Source: Flavobacteriaceae bacterium (lineage in GTDB: Bacteria; Bacteroidota; Bacteroidia; Flavobacteriales; Flavobacteriaceae). Taken from it: a stretch of 45,634 bases of DNA. The notes beneath the pieces are model-generated. The model did not search any database, had not been told where the DNA came from, and was given only the letters and a program-made list of their open reading frames with translations. The stretch spans positions 1 through 45,634 of the forward strand of contig JAKITG010000001.1 of assembly GCA_021648195.1 (NCBI GenBank), in the 5' to 3' direction. A program made the position numbers and the translations under genes. This document shows positions 1 through 10,154 of this stretch, piece after piece (positions within the stretch are counted from its first letter, which is position 1; each line of letters starts with the position of its first letter).

Positions 1-306
1 CTTGAGAGATTCTTTTGCACATTGAATAGCATGTGCAGTTCCTAAAGGCTCTTCTTGAACAAACACCTTACCAACAGCATTAAGGTTTTTGGCAATTTTT
101 ATTAATTTTTCTTCAGTGTTTTTTGGAAATGTAGGACCAATTACAAAAGCAATTTCATCTACTTTTTGGTCAACTACTTTTACAATATCTTCAACTAATC
201 TTTGTACAATTGGTTTTCCTGCAATTAATGTTAAAGGTTTTGGAATGGTTAATGTATGAGGTCTTAAACGAGACCCTATACCAGCCATGGGAACTATAAT
301 TTTCAT
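1..306 (-). CDS. Sugar-phosphate nucleotidyltransferase (partial; runs off the left edge)
   Basis: Hand translation from ATG at 306: MKIIVPMAGIGSRLRPHTLTIPKPL... matches the NTP_transferase N-terminal motif (AGxGxRLRPxTxxxPKPL), followed by QEEPLGTAHA. Not in the ORF track because the stop lies outside the window. Confidence 0.9.
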   Translation of the reverse strand, partial: MKIIVPMAGIGSRLRPHTLTIPKPLTLIAGKPIVQRLVEDIVKVVDQKVDEIAFVIGPTFPKNTEEKLIKIAKNLNAVGKVFVQEEPLGTAHAIQCAKESLK

Positions 307-360
307 CTGTTGTAATTTATTTTGAGTGAAAAACTCAAGTGAATTTGCTTTTAAAACGAG

Positions 361-368
361 CAAAGATA
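361..368 (-). promoter_or_regulatory. Bacteroidota sigma-A -7 box (TATCTTTG) for the nucleotidyltransferase
   Basis: CAAAGATA on + strand is TAnnTTTG on - strand, about 55 nt upstream of the ATG. Confidence 0.55.
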
Positions 369-390
369 TATAAAATTGTAGGGTTTAAGG

Positions 391-2424
391 TTAATAATTA
401 TATACATAAGCACCATTTTTAGCAGTATTATAAAATTGAATAGATTTACCTTTACAGGATTTCTCCCAAAGACGAACAAAACTTGTATAATTTGAACCAT
501 CTGCAATAATCATTTTTGGCTGTAATACTTGTAATAATCGAGCCATATTAACTTTAGGAGAATTTGTTAAAATTACCATTTCAGGTTTAAAATTTAAATC
601 TTTATAAATACCTAAACTATCTATAATTAATACTTTTTTTGAATTAATTTCAATACAATTTTTTAGTTGCCTTTTTTCTTGAAAAGAGAGATTGGAGAAA
701 TTTATTTTATAAGAATTGATTGGAGAGTAAAGATTATTTTTTAATTGCTTTGAATTCTGAAAAATGGTTATTTTATTACCTAGCTTATTTCCCAAAAGTG
801 AATTTTTAGATTGATGAAAAACAATAAATTCATTCGTTTTTTGAAGATTATATTTTTTATAAATAAAAACAATTTGGAGTAACAGAACCGCAGTGAAAAC
901 AAAATATAAATTCTTTGTTGATTTGTTTTTTAACCAAGAAACACTACTTATTAAAAGTAGATAAAAAACAACCATTAATAAAAAAGAAAAAGAAATATTT
1001 TGAAAAATAAAGTTTTCTTGATGTGAAATAAACGCAACAAAATTATTCATAGTTTTTATAATAACCCCATAAATATTGACTAAAAACGGTGGGATAATTT
1101 GAAAAAGAGCTAGAATAATTACTAAAAACCCAATCCCTAAAATAAACCCTAAAAAAGGAATTATTACCAAACTTGAGATAAAAAACAACCCAGGAAATTG
1201 GTGGAAATAATAGATACTTAAAGGTAAAATACCAACTTGTGCAGCAAAGGAAACGGTTAAAAGTGTCCAAAAATATTCTGTAATAATAAATTTTGGTTTC
1301 CATAAATTACTAAAAAGCGGCTGTAACCAAACAATTGAAAAAACAGCCACATAGCTTAATTGAAAACCAACATTAAATAAATATAATGGATGTATTAAAA
1401 GAAGAACAAATAAAGAAATAACCAAGCTATTTTGTACTCCAAATGGGCGATTGGATGCCAAACTAATCGCTATTGCAGTAAACATGGTAACAGCTCTAAT
1501 TACAGAAGCAGAAAAACCAGCTAAAAAAGCATAAACCCATAAGCAAATTACGACAATAATTAATTTTATGATTTTACCGTTTTTTAGGTACTCTATAGGC
1601 TTGAATAAAAAATTTAAAATCAACAATATAATTCCAATATGTAAACCCGAAACCGCCAAAATATGAATAGCACCAGCATTTTTATACTGTTCAAATTGCT
1701 CTTTAGTAATGCCCTGTTTCTGACCCAATAATAATGCATTGACAATTGCCAATTCTTTTGTTAAAAAATTAGCCCTTTTTAACTCAGTATTAATTTTTTC
1801 TCTTATAGAGTGCGCAAACCCCTTTAATGTTTTTTGATTGGACTTTAAAAACAAATAATATCCTTTTTTTAGTATTAATTGATGATGAATTTGTTGTTTT
1901 TTGAGATATTCTTGGTAATTAAACTGATACGGGTTTAAAGCCTTTCTTATCATTTTAAATGAGTTTGTAGTAAACAGAACATCATCAACTTTTACTTTAT
2001 TTTTTAAATTATCTTTATGGAAATTAACCAATACCTTCCCTTTAGTTTGAGGATTATTCATTTGAATAACTTTTGCCTCAAATCGTTGATAAAATAGATT
2101 AGGTTTTAATATTTTCTCTACTCTTAAAATCGTTTGATTGTTTGCTTTTATATGGTTTATATAATGTTTTTTTTGGTGTTGAGGCTTTTGAATAGATATA
2201 CTTAATATTCCAATAAGGAAAAATAATATTCCCGTAAAAATCATAAAAAATAGAGGAAGTTTAAAAGAACTTTTTGCTTTAAAATAAAAGTAGATTAAAA
2301 GAGAAAAAGAGAATAAAGCAGCAGTAAAAATTAGAATTAATGAAAAATTAAAAGCATATCCAATAATGATTCCTAAAATTAAGAATAGAGAAAAATGGAC
2401 AGGTAAATAGTTTAAATCTAACAT
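391..2424 (-). CDS. comEC: ComEC/Rec2 family competence membrane protein
   Basis: HILAVSGLHIG, SASVIRA, GFQLSY motifs; N-terminal DUF4131-like region; many TM segments; no metallo-beta-lactamase HxHxDH motif in the C-terminus. Confidence 0.92.
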   Translation of the reverse strand: MLDLNYLPVHFSLFLILGIIIGYAFNFSLILIFTAALFSFSLLIYFYFKAKSSFKLPLFFMIFTGILFFLIGILSISIQKPQHQKKHYINHIKANNQTILRVEKILKPNLFYQRFEAKVIQMNNPQTKGKVLVNFHKDNLKNKVKVDDVLFTTNSFKMIRKALNPYQFNYQEYLKKQQIHHQLILKKGYYLFLKSNQKTLKGFAHSIREKINTELKRANFLTKELAIVNALLLGQKQGITKEQFEQYKNAGAIHILAVSGLHIGIILLILNFLFKPIEYLKNGKIIKLIIVVICLWVYAFLAGFSASVIRAVTMFTAIAISLASNRPFGVQNSLVISLFVLLLIHPLYLFNVGFQLSYVAVFSIVWLQPLFSNLWKPKFIITEYFWTLLTVSFAAQVGILPLSIYYFHQFPGLFFISSLVIIPFLGFILGIGFLVIILALFQIIPPFLVNIYGVIIKTMNNFVAFISHQENFIFQNISFSFLLMVVFYLLLISSVSWLKNKSTKNLYFVFTAVLLLQIVFIYKKYNLQKTNEFIVFHQSKNSLLGNKLGNKITIFQNSKQLKNNLYSPINSYKINFSNLSFQEKRQLKNCIEINSKKVLIIDSLGIYKDLNFKPEMVILTNSPKVNMARLLQVLQPKMIIADGSNYTSFVRLWEKSCKGKSIQFYNTAKNGAYVYNY

Positions 2425-2577
2425 TAATTATATCGTAAGTTCAGTAAAAACTTTGGGCAAAAAGAATGAGAATTTTAAAATTTTAAGATGGTTGCAATTT
2501 GCAATCACTTCGCTTTTTTTTTCTTTCAAAAATTCATTTTCTACCAATAGTTCAAGTTTTTATGTTCTATTTTTGCA

Positions 2578-3918
2578 ATGGTAAACATGATTAACTTGGA
2601 TAAAAGATCTACCCTTTCATTTACAAAAATTAATAAGCTAGCCATTCCTGCAATTATTTCAGGAATTGCAGAGCCTTTATTATCAATTACAGATACTGCA
2701 ATTGTTGGAAATTTAAAGATAAACCCAACCGAAGCACTTGCAGCAGTTGGTATAGCAGGATCATTTATTATGGCTATTATTTGGGTTTTAGCTCAAACTA
2801 GATCTGCAATTTCAGCTATAATTGCACAATATTTGGGCGCAAATAAAATCAAGGAAATTTTAAATTTGCCTTCACAAATTATTTTAATCAACATTCTTTT
2901 AAGTGTCTTTATTTATTTTATAACCATATTTTTTATTGTTGAAATTTTTGAATTATACAATGCAAAAGGTTTGGTTTTAGAAAACTCTATTTCTTATTAT
3001 AAAATTAGAGCTTTAGGCTTGCCATTAACCCTTTTTGTTTTTTCAATTTTTGGAATTTTTAGAGGTCTGCAAAATACCTTTTGGCCCATGATTATTAGTA
3101 TTGTTGGAGCTGTATTAAATGTTGTTTTAGATTTTGCCTTAATATTTGGTATTGAAGGTTTTATTCCCGAAATGAAAATTGAAGGAGCAGCTTGGGCAAG
3201 TGTCATTTCACAGGGAGTAATGGCTATTTTAGCATTGATTTTACTGTTAAAAAAGACACCTTTTTCACTAAAATTATCGCTTCCTTTTCATCCAGAAATC
3301 AAACGGTTATTATCGCTTAGTTTTAATTTAATTATTAGAACTATAGCATTAAACATTGCTTTGTTTTTAGCAAACTCTTATGCAACCGAATATGGAACAA
3401 GCTATATTGCTGCCCAAACAATTGCCTTTCAAATATGGCTGTTTTTTGCATTTTTTATAGATGGGTATTCAAGTGCAGGAAATATAATGTCGGGGAAATT
3501 TTTAGGAGAAAAAGAGTATAAAAAAATATGGAACTTGAGTAAAATACTAAGTAAATACACTATTGTTATTTCTATCTTATTGGGAGGAATTTGCTTTTTA
3601 TTTTATACCACCATTGGAAAATTATTTTCTCAAGAAAAAGAAGTTCTAGAGCTTTTTTATGGTGTTTTTTGGATTGTTATTATCATGCAACCTATAAATG
3701 CGATTGCCTTTGTATTTGATGGAATTTTTAAAGGTTTGGCTGAAGCAGTAATTTTAAGAAATACACTATTAATTGCAACCTTTATTGGATTTGTTCCCGC
3801 TTTATTGATAGGAAATTATTTTAATCTAAAACTGTATGCTATATGGATAGCTTTTACCGTTTGGATGGTTTTAAGAGGAGGGATTTTAGCGGCTATTTTT
3901 AGACGTAAGTTTAAATAG
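2578..3918 (+). CDS. MATE family efflux transporter (DinF-like)
   Basis: LAIPAII...DTAIVG, GIFRGLQNT..PM, GAAWA motifs and about 12 TM segments. True start may be the ATG at 2587, since a TATTTTTG box sits at 2568-2575. Confidence 0.9.
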   Translation: MVNMINLDKRSTLSFTKINKLAIPAIISGIAEPLLSITDTAIVGNLKINPTEALAAVGIAGSFIMAIIWVLAQTRSAISAIIAQYLGANKIKEILNLPSQIILINILLSVFIYFITIFFIVEIFELYNAKGLVLENSISYYKIRALGLPLTLFVFSIFGIFRGLQNTFWPMIISIVGAVLNVVLDFALIFGIEGFIPEMKIEGAAWASVISQGVMAILALILLLKKTPFSLKLSLPFHPEIKRLLSLSFNLIIRTIALNIALFLANSYATEYGTSYIAAQTIAFQIWLFFAFFIDGYSSAGNIMSGKFLGEKEYKKIWNLSKILSKYTIVISILLGGICFLFYTTIGKLFSQEKEVLELFYGVFWIVIIMQPINAIAFVFDGIFKGLAEAVILRNTLLIATFIGFVPALLIGNYFNLKLYAIWIAFTVWMVLRGGILAAIFRRKFK

Positions 3919-3923
3919 ATAAT

Positions 3924-4088
3924 TTAAGACCGTTGCAAAAGCTCTTTTGACAAAGAAGTACGACGCTCGATAAAAAATTGACCCGCAGTAAACCTTTGTT
4001 TATGAGGACTTAAAATTTTAGAGAAGGAAGTAGTTCGAAGTAAAAAAGCTTTAAATCTTAATTTTGCTCAATATTGCAACGGTCTTAA
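3924..4088. mobile_element. MITE-like element A, long copy (165 bp)
   Basis: Perfect 15-bp terminal inverted repeats TTAAGACCGTTGCAA (3924-3938) / TTGCAACGGTCTTAA (4074-4088); no ORF; a related copy lies at 21941-22029. Confidence 0.75.
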
Positions 4089-4141
4089 TTTTTCTTGTTG
4101 AAAGTAGTTATAGACGGGAGGCTTTGCGTAGCCAATAGCTT

Positions 4142-5263
4142 TTACCCTTTGTCTATCGCTCTACGATTAACAATCAATTCCGCAGTTTTATCACTTGCTC
4201 CTTTTACACCTAATTTTTGTTCTAAATCATAATAATCATAAAATAAACCCTCTCTTTTTTTAGAATCTAAAATTTTAGTCAATTCTTCTTCAAGTCTTTT
4301 TTCATTGAATTCACTTTGAATCAACTCGGCAACAACCTCCCTATCCATAATTAAATTTACTAAAGAAATAAATTTTAGCGTAATAATTCGTTTGGCGATT
4401 TGATACGAAACATTACTCCCCTTGTAACAAACTACTTGAGGTACTTTAAATAATGCAGTTTCTAAAGTTGCTGTACCCGATGTTACCAAAGCCGCATGTG
4501 AAATAGAAAGTAAATCATAGGTTTTATTTTCAATTATTGCCACATTTTTTTGCTTGAAAAAAGATTGGTAAAACGATAAGTTTTGACTCGGTGCTCCAGC
4601 AACAACAAATTGATAGTCGGGAAATTTGCTAATCATCTTTAGCATAACCGAAAGCATTTTTGTTATTTCCTGTTTTCTACTACCTGGTAAAAGCGCAATG
4701 ATTGGTTTCTTACTTAAATGATGTTTTTTTCTAAATGTATTAATATTTATATGTTTTCTATCCGCAATAGCGTCTAATAAAGGATGTCCGACAAAATGAA
4801 CATCATAATTATATTTTTTATAGAACTCTTTTTCAAACGGAAGGATTACATACATGTCATCTATATCTCGCTTAATTTTTTTTACTCTTTTAGATCTACT
4901 TGCCCAAACTTGTGGAGAAATATAATAGTTGGTTTTAAAGCCTTGTTGTTTTGCCCACTTGGCAATTCGTAAATTAAAACCAGAGTAATCTATAAAAACT
5001 ATTACATTGGGATTAAAGCTTGTAATGTCTTTTTTACAAAATGCAATGTTTTTAAAAATGGTAGGAATATTCATTATAATTTCTATAAAACCCATAAAAG
5101 CCAAATCACGATAATGCTTAGCCAAAGTTCCTCCAACACTTTGCATTAAGTCTCCACCCCAAAACCTAAACTCAGCATTTTTGTCTTTTTTTAACAATGC
5201 TTTCATTAAATTAGAACCATGTAAATCGCCAGAGGCCTCACCTGTAATGATGTAATATTTCAT
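4142..5263 (-). CDS. lpxB: Lipid-A-disaccharide synthase
   Basis: GEASGDLHG, IDYSGFN, YYISPQVWA, FVGHPL, LLPGSR, SGTATLE motifs. Confidence 0.96.
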   Translation of the reverse strand: MKYYIITGEASGDLHGSNLMKALLKKDKNAEFRFWGGDLMQSVGGTLAKHYRDLAFMGFIEIIMNIPTIFKNIAFCKKDITSFNPNVIVFIDYSGFNLRIAKWAKQQGFKTNYYISPQVWASRSKRVKKIKRDIDDMYVILPFEKEFYKKYNYDVHFVGHPLLDAIADRKHININTFRKKHHLSKKPIIALLPGSRKQEITKMLSVMLKMISKFPDYQFVVAGAPSQNLSFYQSFFKQKNVAIIENKTYDLLSISHAALVTSGTATLETALFKVPQVVCYKGSNVSYQIAKRIITLKFISLVNLIMDREVVAELIQSEFNEKRLEEELTKILDSKKREGLFYDYYDLEQKLGVKGASDKTAELIVNRRAIDKG

Positions 5264-5266
5264 TTT

Positions 5267-5548
5267 TTAAAAAAATTGACTAATAAAAACGAGCAATGCC
5301 AATAAAATAGAAGCCAATAAAACCCCTCGGGCTCTATAATCTTGTTTCTTTTTTAAAAACACAAAAAACACAAATAAATTAGGTATTGCAGCTAGAACCA
5401 AAACTTTACCGTACAAACTCTGTTCATGAATAATTTTTAAAGATTCATTAAAATTATATTTTGAAGCATACTCTACATAAAGATAAAATCCAGCTAAAGT
5501 TGCAAATATTGCAGTTACAAAACCGATTAATATTTCTTTTTTTATCAT
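5267..5548 (-). CDS. Small hypothetical membrane protein
   Basis: Three hydrophobic segments. The ATG at 5548 overlaps the surE TGA (ATGA coupling), so it is preferred over 5557. Confidence 0.75.
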   Translation of the reverse strand: MIKKEILIGFVTAIFATLAGFYLYVEYASKYNFNESLKIIHEQSLYGKVLVLAAIPNLFVFFVFLKKKQDYRARGVLLASILLALLVFISQFF

Positions 5549-6318
5549 AATTCCCAAGAGTTTAATTTTTCAAGATAATGATGTGCAGTCAAATCAAAAT
5601 GAACAGGAACAACAGAAATATAATCATTCTCTAAAGCCCAGACATCAGTATCCTCATTGCCTTGATCTAAATTTACAAACCGACCTGTTAACCAATAATA
5701 CTCTTTTCCTTGCGGATTGATTCTTTTATCAAACTCTTCTACCCAATTGGCACGAGCTTGTCTGCAAATTTTTATCCCTTTAAAATCATTATTTGCTAAT
5801 TTTGGAAAATTAACATTTAAAACAATTCCATCAGGCAAACCATTTTTTAAAACCTGTAAGGTAATTTTTTTAATATAGTCTTTTAAACCATTAAAATTAG
5901 CATGCCACGAATAATCTAAAAGAGAGAATCCAATAGCAGGAATTCCTTCTATTCCAGCTTCAATGGCAGCACTCATTGTTCCCGAATAAATTACATTGAT
6001 TGATGAGTTCGACCCATGATTTATACCCGAAACACAAATGTCAGGTTTTTTATTTAAAATTTCACTAATTGCCATTTTCACACAATCTGCTGGAGTTCCA
6101 GAACAGCGATATTCTAATTGCTCCCCTTCATCATTTGTAATTGCATCGCAATAAATAGTTGAATCTAATGTTATAGCGTGACCCATACCACTTTGCGGAC
6201 TATCGGGAGCAATAACAACAACATCGCCAATTTCGTTCATTACCGAAATTAAAGTTCTTATTCCAGGAGCCGTAATTCCGTCGTCATTAGTAACTAAAAT
6301 TAGAGGTTTTTTATTCAT
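5545..6318 (-). CDS. surE: 5'/3'-nucleotidase SurE
   Basis: ILVTNDDG, QSGMGHAIT, GTPADCV, SGINHG, YSGT motifs. Confidence 0.97.
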   Translation of the reverse strand: MNKKPLILVTNDDGITAPGIRTLISVMNEIGDVVVIAPDSPQSGMGHAITLDSTIYCDAITNDEGEQLEYRCSGTPADCVKMAISEILNKKPDICVSGINHGSNSSINVIYSGTMSAAIEAGIEGIPAIGFSLLDYSWHANFNGLKDYIKKITLQVLKNGLPDGIVLNVNFPKLANNDFKGIKICRQARANWVEEFDKRINPQGKEYYWLTGRFVNLDQGNEDTDVWALENDYISVVPVHFDLTAHHYLEKLNSWEL

Positions 6319-6506
6319 TTATATAAAAGTTTAAAGCAAAAATAAACTTTTTGTGTTTATATTATTAAATAATGTTTAACATTTAAATATGACACATTTA
6401 GGTTTAATATGTCTATTATTGCCTAATATTTGAATAAATAAGCTACTTTTAGCATACTTATATTACTGTTTTTGACAAATAAAATTATTAAAAATAGAAT
6501 AAAAAA

Positions 6507-8714
6507 ATGATTGCTTATATGAAAAGAAATTATAAAATAATTATACCAATTATAGTTTTAGTAGGATTACTGTTTGGCTTTCAGGTTGTTAATAAACCAG
6601 ACCCCGAAAAAGATAAAATTTTAATCGGATTAATTAGATATGCCCTAACCAAAGGTCATTATGAGCCTCATCAAATAAATGATGAATTTTCTGAAAATGT
6701 TTTTGATGAATTTATTGATGCGCTAGATCCTTATAAGCGATTTTTCCTACAAAGTGATATTGATGAATTTTCTCAATATAAATTATTGATTGACGATCAA
6801 CTTAAAAATGAGAATTTAACTTTTTATAACTTCGTTTATAAACGGTTTAAAGAAAGAGTAACACAATCAAAACAATATTACAAAACAGTACTAGCATCTC
6901 CATTTAATTTTAATCAAAAAGGCACTTTTAGTATAGATTATGAGTTAAAAACGTTTGCAAAATCTAAAGCCGAATTAATGAAAACTTGGCAGCTACAATT
7001 AAAAGTAAGTACACTAACTCGCCTACACGAAAAAATTGAATTACAAAATAAGTTTTCTTCTAAAAAAGACGAACCAAAAAATGCAAATCAATACAAAACA
7101 GTTTCGGGAGAAGTAAAAGAAGTTGTAGATGAAAAAGAAAATATTGAAATAGAACAATTAAGTGAACTAAAAACAATTGCCCAATTAGAAGAAGCATCTA
7201 GAGAAGCTACAGAAAAAAGTCTAGACGAATTATATGCTATAATGAATGAACTAGATGAGACAGACTGGTTTTCTGTTTACATCAATACAATTACGATGCA
7301 GTTTGATCCGCATACCAGTTACCTTGCGCCAAAAGATAAAAAAAGATTCGATATAAGCATGGCAGGAAAACTAGAAGGAATAGGTGCTCGATTACAAAAA
7401 AAAGGAGACTATACCACTGTTGCCGAACTTATTTCTGGAGGTCCAGCATGGAGAGCTGGTGAATTAGAAGTTGGTGATGTAATATTAAAAGTTGCACAAG
7501 CAGATGAGCCACCACTCGATATCGTTGGAATGCGTTTAGACGATGCTATTGAATTTATCAAAGGAAAAAAAGGAACAGAAGTTAAACTTACCCTTAAAAA
7601 AATTGATGGGTCAATAGAAGTGATTTCTATTATAAGAGATATTGTTGAACTAGAAGAAACATTTGCAAAATCTAGTATTGTTGAATTCAATGATAAAAAA
7701 TATGGAATTATTAACTTACCTAAATTCTATATTGATTTTAATGAAAGAAACTTTCGAAATTCAGCAACCGATATGGAAGACCAAATAGAACACTTAAAAA
7801 AAGAAAATGTTGAAGGATTGTTAATTGATTTAAGAAATAATGGTGGAGGTTCACTAAAAACAGCAATCGAAATTGCAGGATTATTTATTAAAGACGGACC
7901 TATAGTTCAAGTAAAATATAGAGGAGAAAAACCAAATGTTAGATCAGATAAAAATAAAAAAATACAATGGAACGGCTCTCTAGTAATTTTGGTAAATGAA
8001 CTCTCTGCTTCTGCTTCCGAAATTTTTGCTGCAGCAATGCAAGATTATAATCGAGCAGTTATTGTTGGTAGTAAGCAATCATTTGGTAAAGGAACAGTAC
8101 AAAATGTTTTACCATTAAATAATTACTACAAATATTCTAAAGACCTTGGAGCTTTAAAAATGACTATTCAAAAATATTATAGAATTAATGGCGGCTCAAC
8201 TCAATTAGAGGGAGTAAAAAGCGATATTGCTATGCCAGATAGATATACTTATCTTAAAATTTTTGAGCGAGACGAAAAAAATCCTTTAGAATGGGATAAA
8301 ATTGAACCAGCAGAGTACATACCAACAAACTCGTATGAAAACTTTCATAATGTTGTAAATGAAAGTAAAAAACGAATTGCATCCAATCCACAATTTATGC
8401 TAATTGATAAAAATGCGAAATGGTTAAAAAAAGGTAGAGACGATAATATTGTTAATTTAAATTATAACGAATACAAAAAAGAATTAAATAAACGCTTAGA
8501 AGAAAGTAAAGAGTTTGATTTAATAAAAGAGTACAAAAACAATTTAGTATTTATTTCTCCAGAATATGAACTTTCGTTGATTGAAAAAGATTCAATTTTA
8601 AGACAAAAACGTAATATTTGGCATAAAAATTTAGGTAAAGATGTTTATGTTGAAGAAGCACTAAATGTTCTTTCTCAATTGAAAATGAATAAAAATTTAT
8701 TGGTAAAAAACTAA
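6507..8714 (+). CDS. prc: Carboxy-terminal processing protease (S41, Prc/Tsp type with PDZ)
   Basis: DPHTSY, GIGA PDZ loop, DLRNNGGGSL, SASASEI (catalytic Ser), GKGTVQ (catalytic Lys). Confidence 0.93.
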   Translation: MIAYMKRNYKIIIPIIVLVGLLFGFQVVNKPDPEKDKILIGLIRYALTKGHYEPHQINDEFSENVFDEFIDALDPYKRFFLQSDIDEFSQYKLLIDDQLKNENLTFYNFVYKRFKERVTQSKQYYKTVLASPFNFNQKGTFSIDYELKTFAKSKAELMKTWQLQLKVSTLTRLHEKIELQNKFSSKKDEPKNANQYKTVSGEVKEVVDEKENIEIEQLSELKTIAQLEEASREATEKSLDELYAIMNELDETDWFSVYINTITMQFDPHTSYLAPKDKKRFDISMAGKLEGIGARLQKKGDYTTVAELISGGPAWRAGELEVGDVILKVAQADEPPLDIVGMRLDDAIEFIKGKKGTEVKLTLKKIDGSIEVISIIRDIVELEETFAKSSIVEFNDKKYGIINLPKFYIDFNERNFRNSATDMEDQIEHLKKENVEGLLIDLRNNGGGSLKTAIEIAGLFIKDGPIVQVKYRGEKPNVRSDKNKKIQWNGSLVILVNELSASASEIFAAAMQDYNRAVIVGSKQSFGKGTVQNVLPLNNYYKYSKDLGALKMTIQKYYRINGGSTQLEGVKSDIAMPDRYTYLKIFERDEKNPLEWDKIEPAEYIPTNSYENFHNVVNESKKRIASNPQFMLIDKNAKWLKKGRDDNIVNLNYNEYKKELNKRLEESKEFDLIKEYKNNLVFISPEYELSLIEKDSILRQKRNIWHKNLGKDVYVEEALNVLSQLKMNKNLLVKN

Positions 8715-8722
8715 TCAAAAAA

Positions 8723-8751
8723 AATCCCGCTAGGCTTGCCTCAGAGATAGT
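8723..8751. repeat. REP-like short palindrome (core AGGC-TT-GCCT)
   Basis: GC-rich hairpin core at 8732-8741 in an AT-rich spacer just after the prc stop; similar layout to 41177-41202. Confidence 0.4.
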
Positions 8752-8822
8752 CTGTTTCAATAATTTTTTTATTTTTAAAGCCTATTTAAAAAAAGTACCT
8801 TTACACTTTAAATTTATCAATA

Positions 8823-10154
8823 TTGCTTTCGTTATTTCAAAAACACACTTTAAATAACCTACCTTTTTTACAAGGCAAAAAACTACTTATTGCAACTTCA
8901 GGAGGTATAGACAGCGTTGTATTAACTCATTTGTTACATAAACTACAATTTTCAATTTCTTTAGCACATTGCAATTTTCGCTTACGCGGAAAAGATTCAA
9001 ATTTAGATGAGGTTTTTGTGCAAAAAGAGGCAATCCACATAGATGCTTCATTTTTTGTAAAACATTTTGAAACAGAACTCTATGCAAACAAGAAAGATAT
9101 GTCTATTCAGATGGCAGCAAGAGAATTACGTTACCAATGGTTTAATGAATTAATGCAAAAAAATAATTTTGATTATCTAATAACAGCTCATCACGCCGAT
9201 GATAATTTAGAAACTTTTTTAATCAATTTTATTCGCGGTACTGGACTTGACGGGTTAACTGGAATTCCTGTAATTAATGATAAAATTATTCGCCCGCTTT
9301 TGCCCTTTACCAGAAAAGAGATTGAAAGCTATGCAAATAAAAATAACCTAGTCTGGAGAGAAGATAAAAGCAATGCCGAAACCAAATATTTAAGAAATAA
9401 ATTACGTCATGATATTATTCCTATTCTAAAAGAATTGAATCCAAATTTTATGACATCTTTTGCAAATACAATTGAAAACTTACAAGGAAGTCAGCAAATA
9501 ATAAACGATAAAATAGATACTATTTGTCAAGAAATTATCGAACAGAAAGAAAATATTAAAAAGTTTAATATTAATAAAATTAATAAATTATCAAACCCAA
9601 AACCCTATCTTTTTGAGCTATTAAAAGAATACGGATTTACACAATGGAATGATATTAAAGACCTATTAAATGCGCAAAGCGGAAAACAGGTTTTTAGCAA
9701 AACACATCGACTTTTAAAAGATAGAACATTTCTATTATTATCTGAAATAACATTAAATTTTGAAACCAAAAAAATTTCAATTGATGAGAATACAAATAAA
9801 TTTTCTAACGACGACTTTCAGTTAAATTTTAAAACAATTCAAAGTAATTCTTTAGAAAACACTTTAAATAACATTACTTGTGTTGATAAAGATTTGTTAA
9901 ATTTCCCTCTTGTTGTAAGAAAATGGGAAAAAGGAGACTATTTTTATCCTATTGGAATGCAAGGAAAAAAAAAACTAAGTAAGTTTTTTAAAGATGAAAA
10001 ATATTCTCTTTTAGAAAAAGAAAAAACTTGGTTACTCTGTACAGTACAAAATGAGATTATTTGGATTATTGAAAAACGCCTTGATAATCGATTTAAAATA
10101 ACAGATAAAACCACCCAAATATTTAAAATTGAAATAAAAAATATAAACAAATGA
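8823..10154 (+). CDS. tilS: tRNA(Ile)-lysidine synthetase
   Basis: SGGIDS PP-loop, TAHHADD, RPLL, RNKLRH motifs and TilS C-terminal region; TTG start. Confidence 0.95.
   Translation: MLSLFQKHTLNNLPFLQGKKLLIATSGGIDSVVLTHLLHKLQFSISLAHCNFRLRGKDSNLDEVFVQKEAIHIDASFFVKHFETELYANKKDMSIQMAARELRYQWFNELMQKNNFDYLITAHHADDNLETFLINFIRGTGLDGLTGIPVINDKIIRPLLPFTRKEIESYANKNNLVWREDKSNAETKYLRNKLRHDIIPILKELNPNFMTSFANTIENLQGSQQIINDKIDTICQEIIEQKENIKKFNINKINKLSNPKPYLFELLKEYGFTQWNDIKDLLNAQSGKQVFSKTHRLLKDRTFLLLSEITLNFETKKISIDENTNKFSNDDFQLNFKTIQSNSLENTLNNITCVDKDLLNFPLVVRKWEKGDYFYPIGMQGKKKLSKFFKDEKYSLLEKEKTWLLCTVQNEIIWIIEKRLDNRFKITDKTTQIFKIEIKNINK

Noticed and set aside
4104-4164. Loose hairpin overlapping the lpxB 3' end
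   Set aside because: Arms are only 4-6 bp and interrupted; not distinguishable from chance or a weak terminator.
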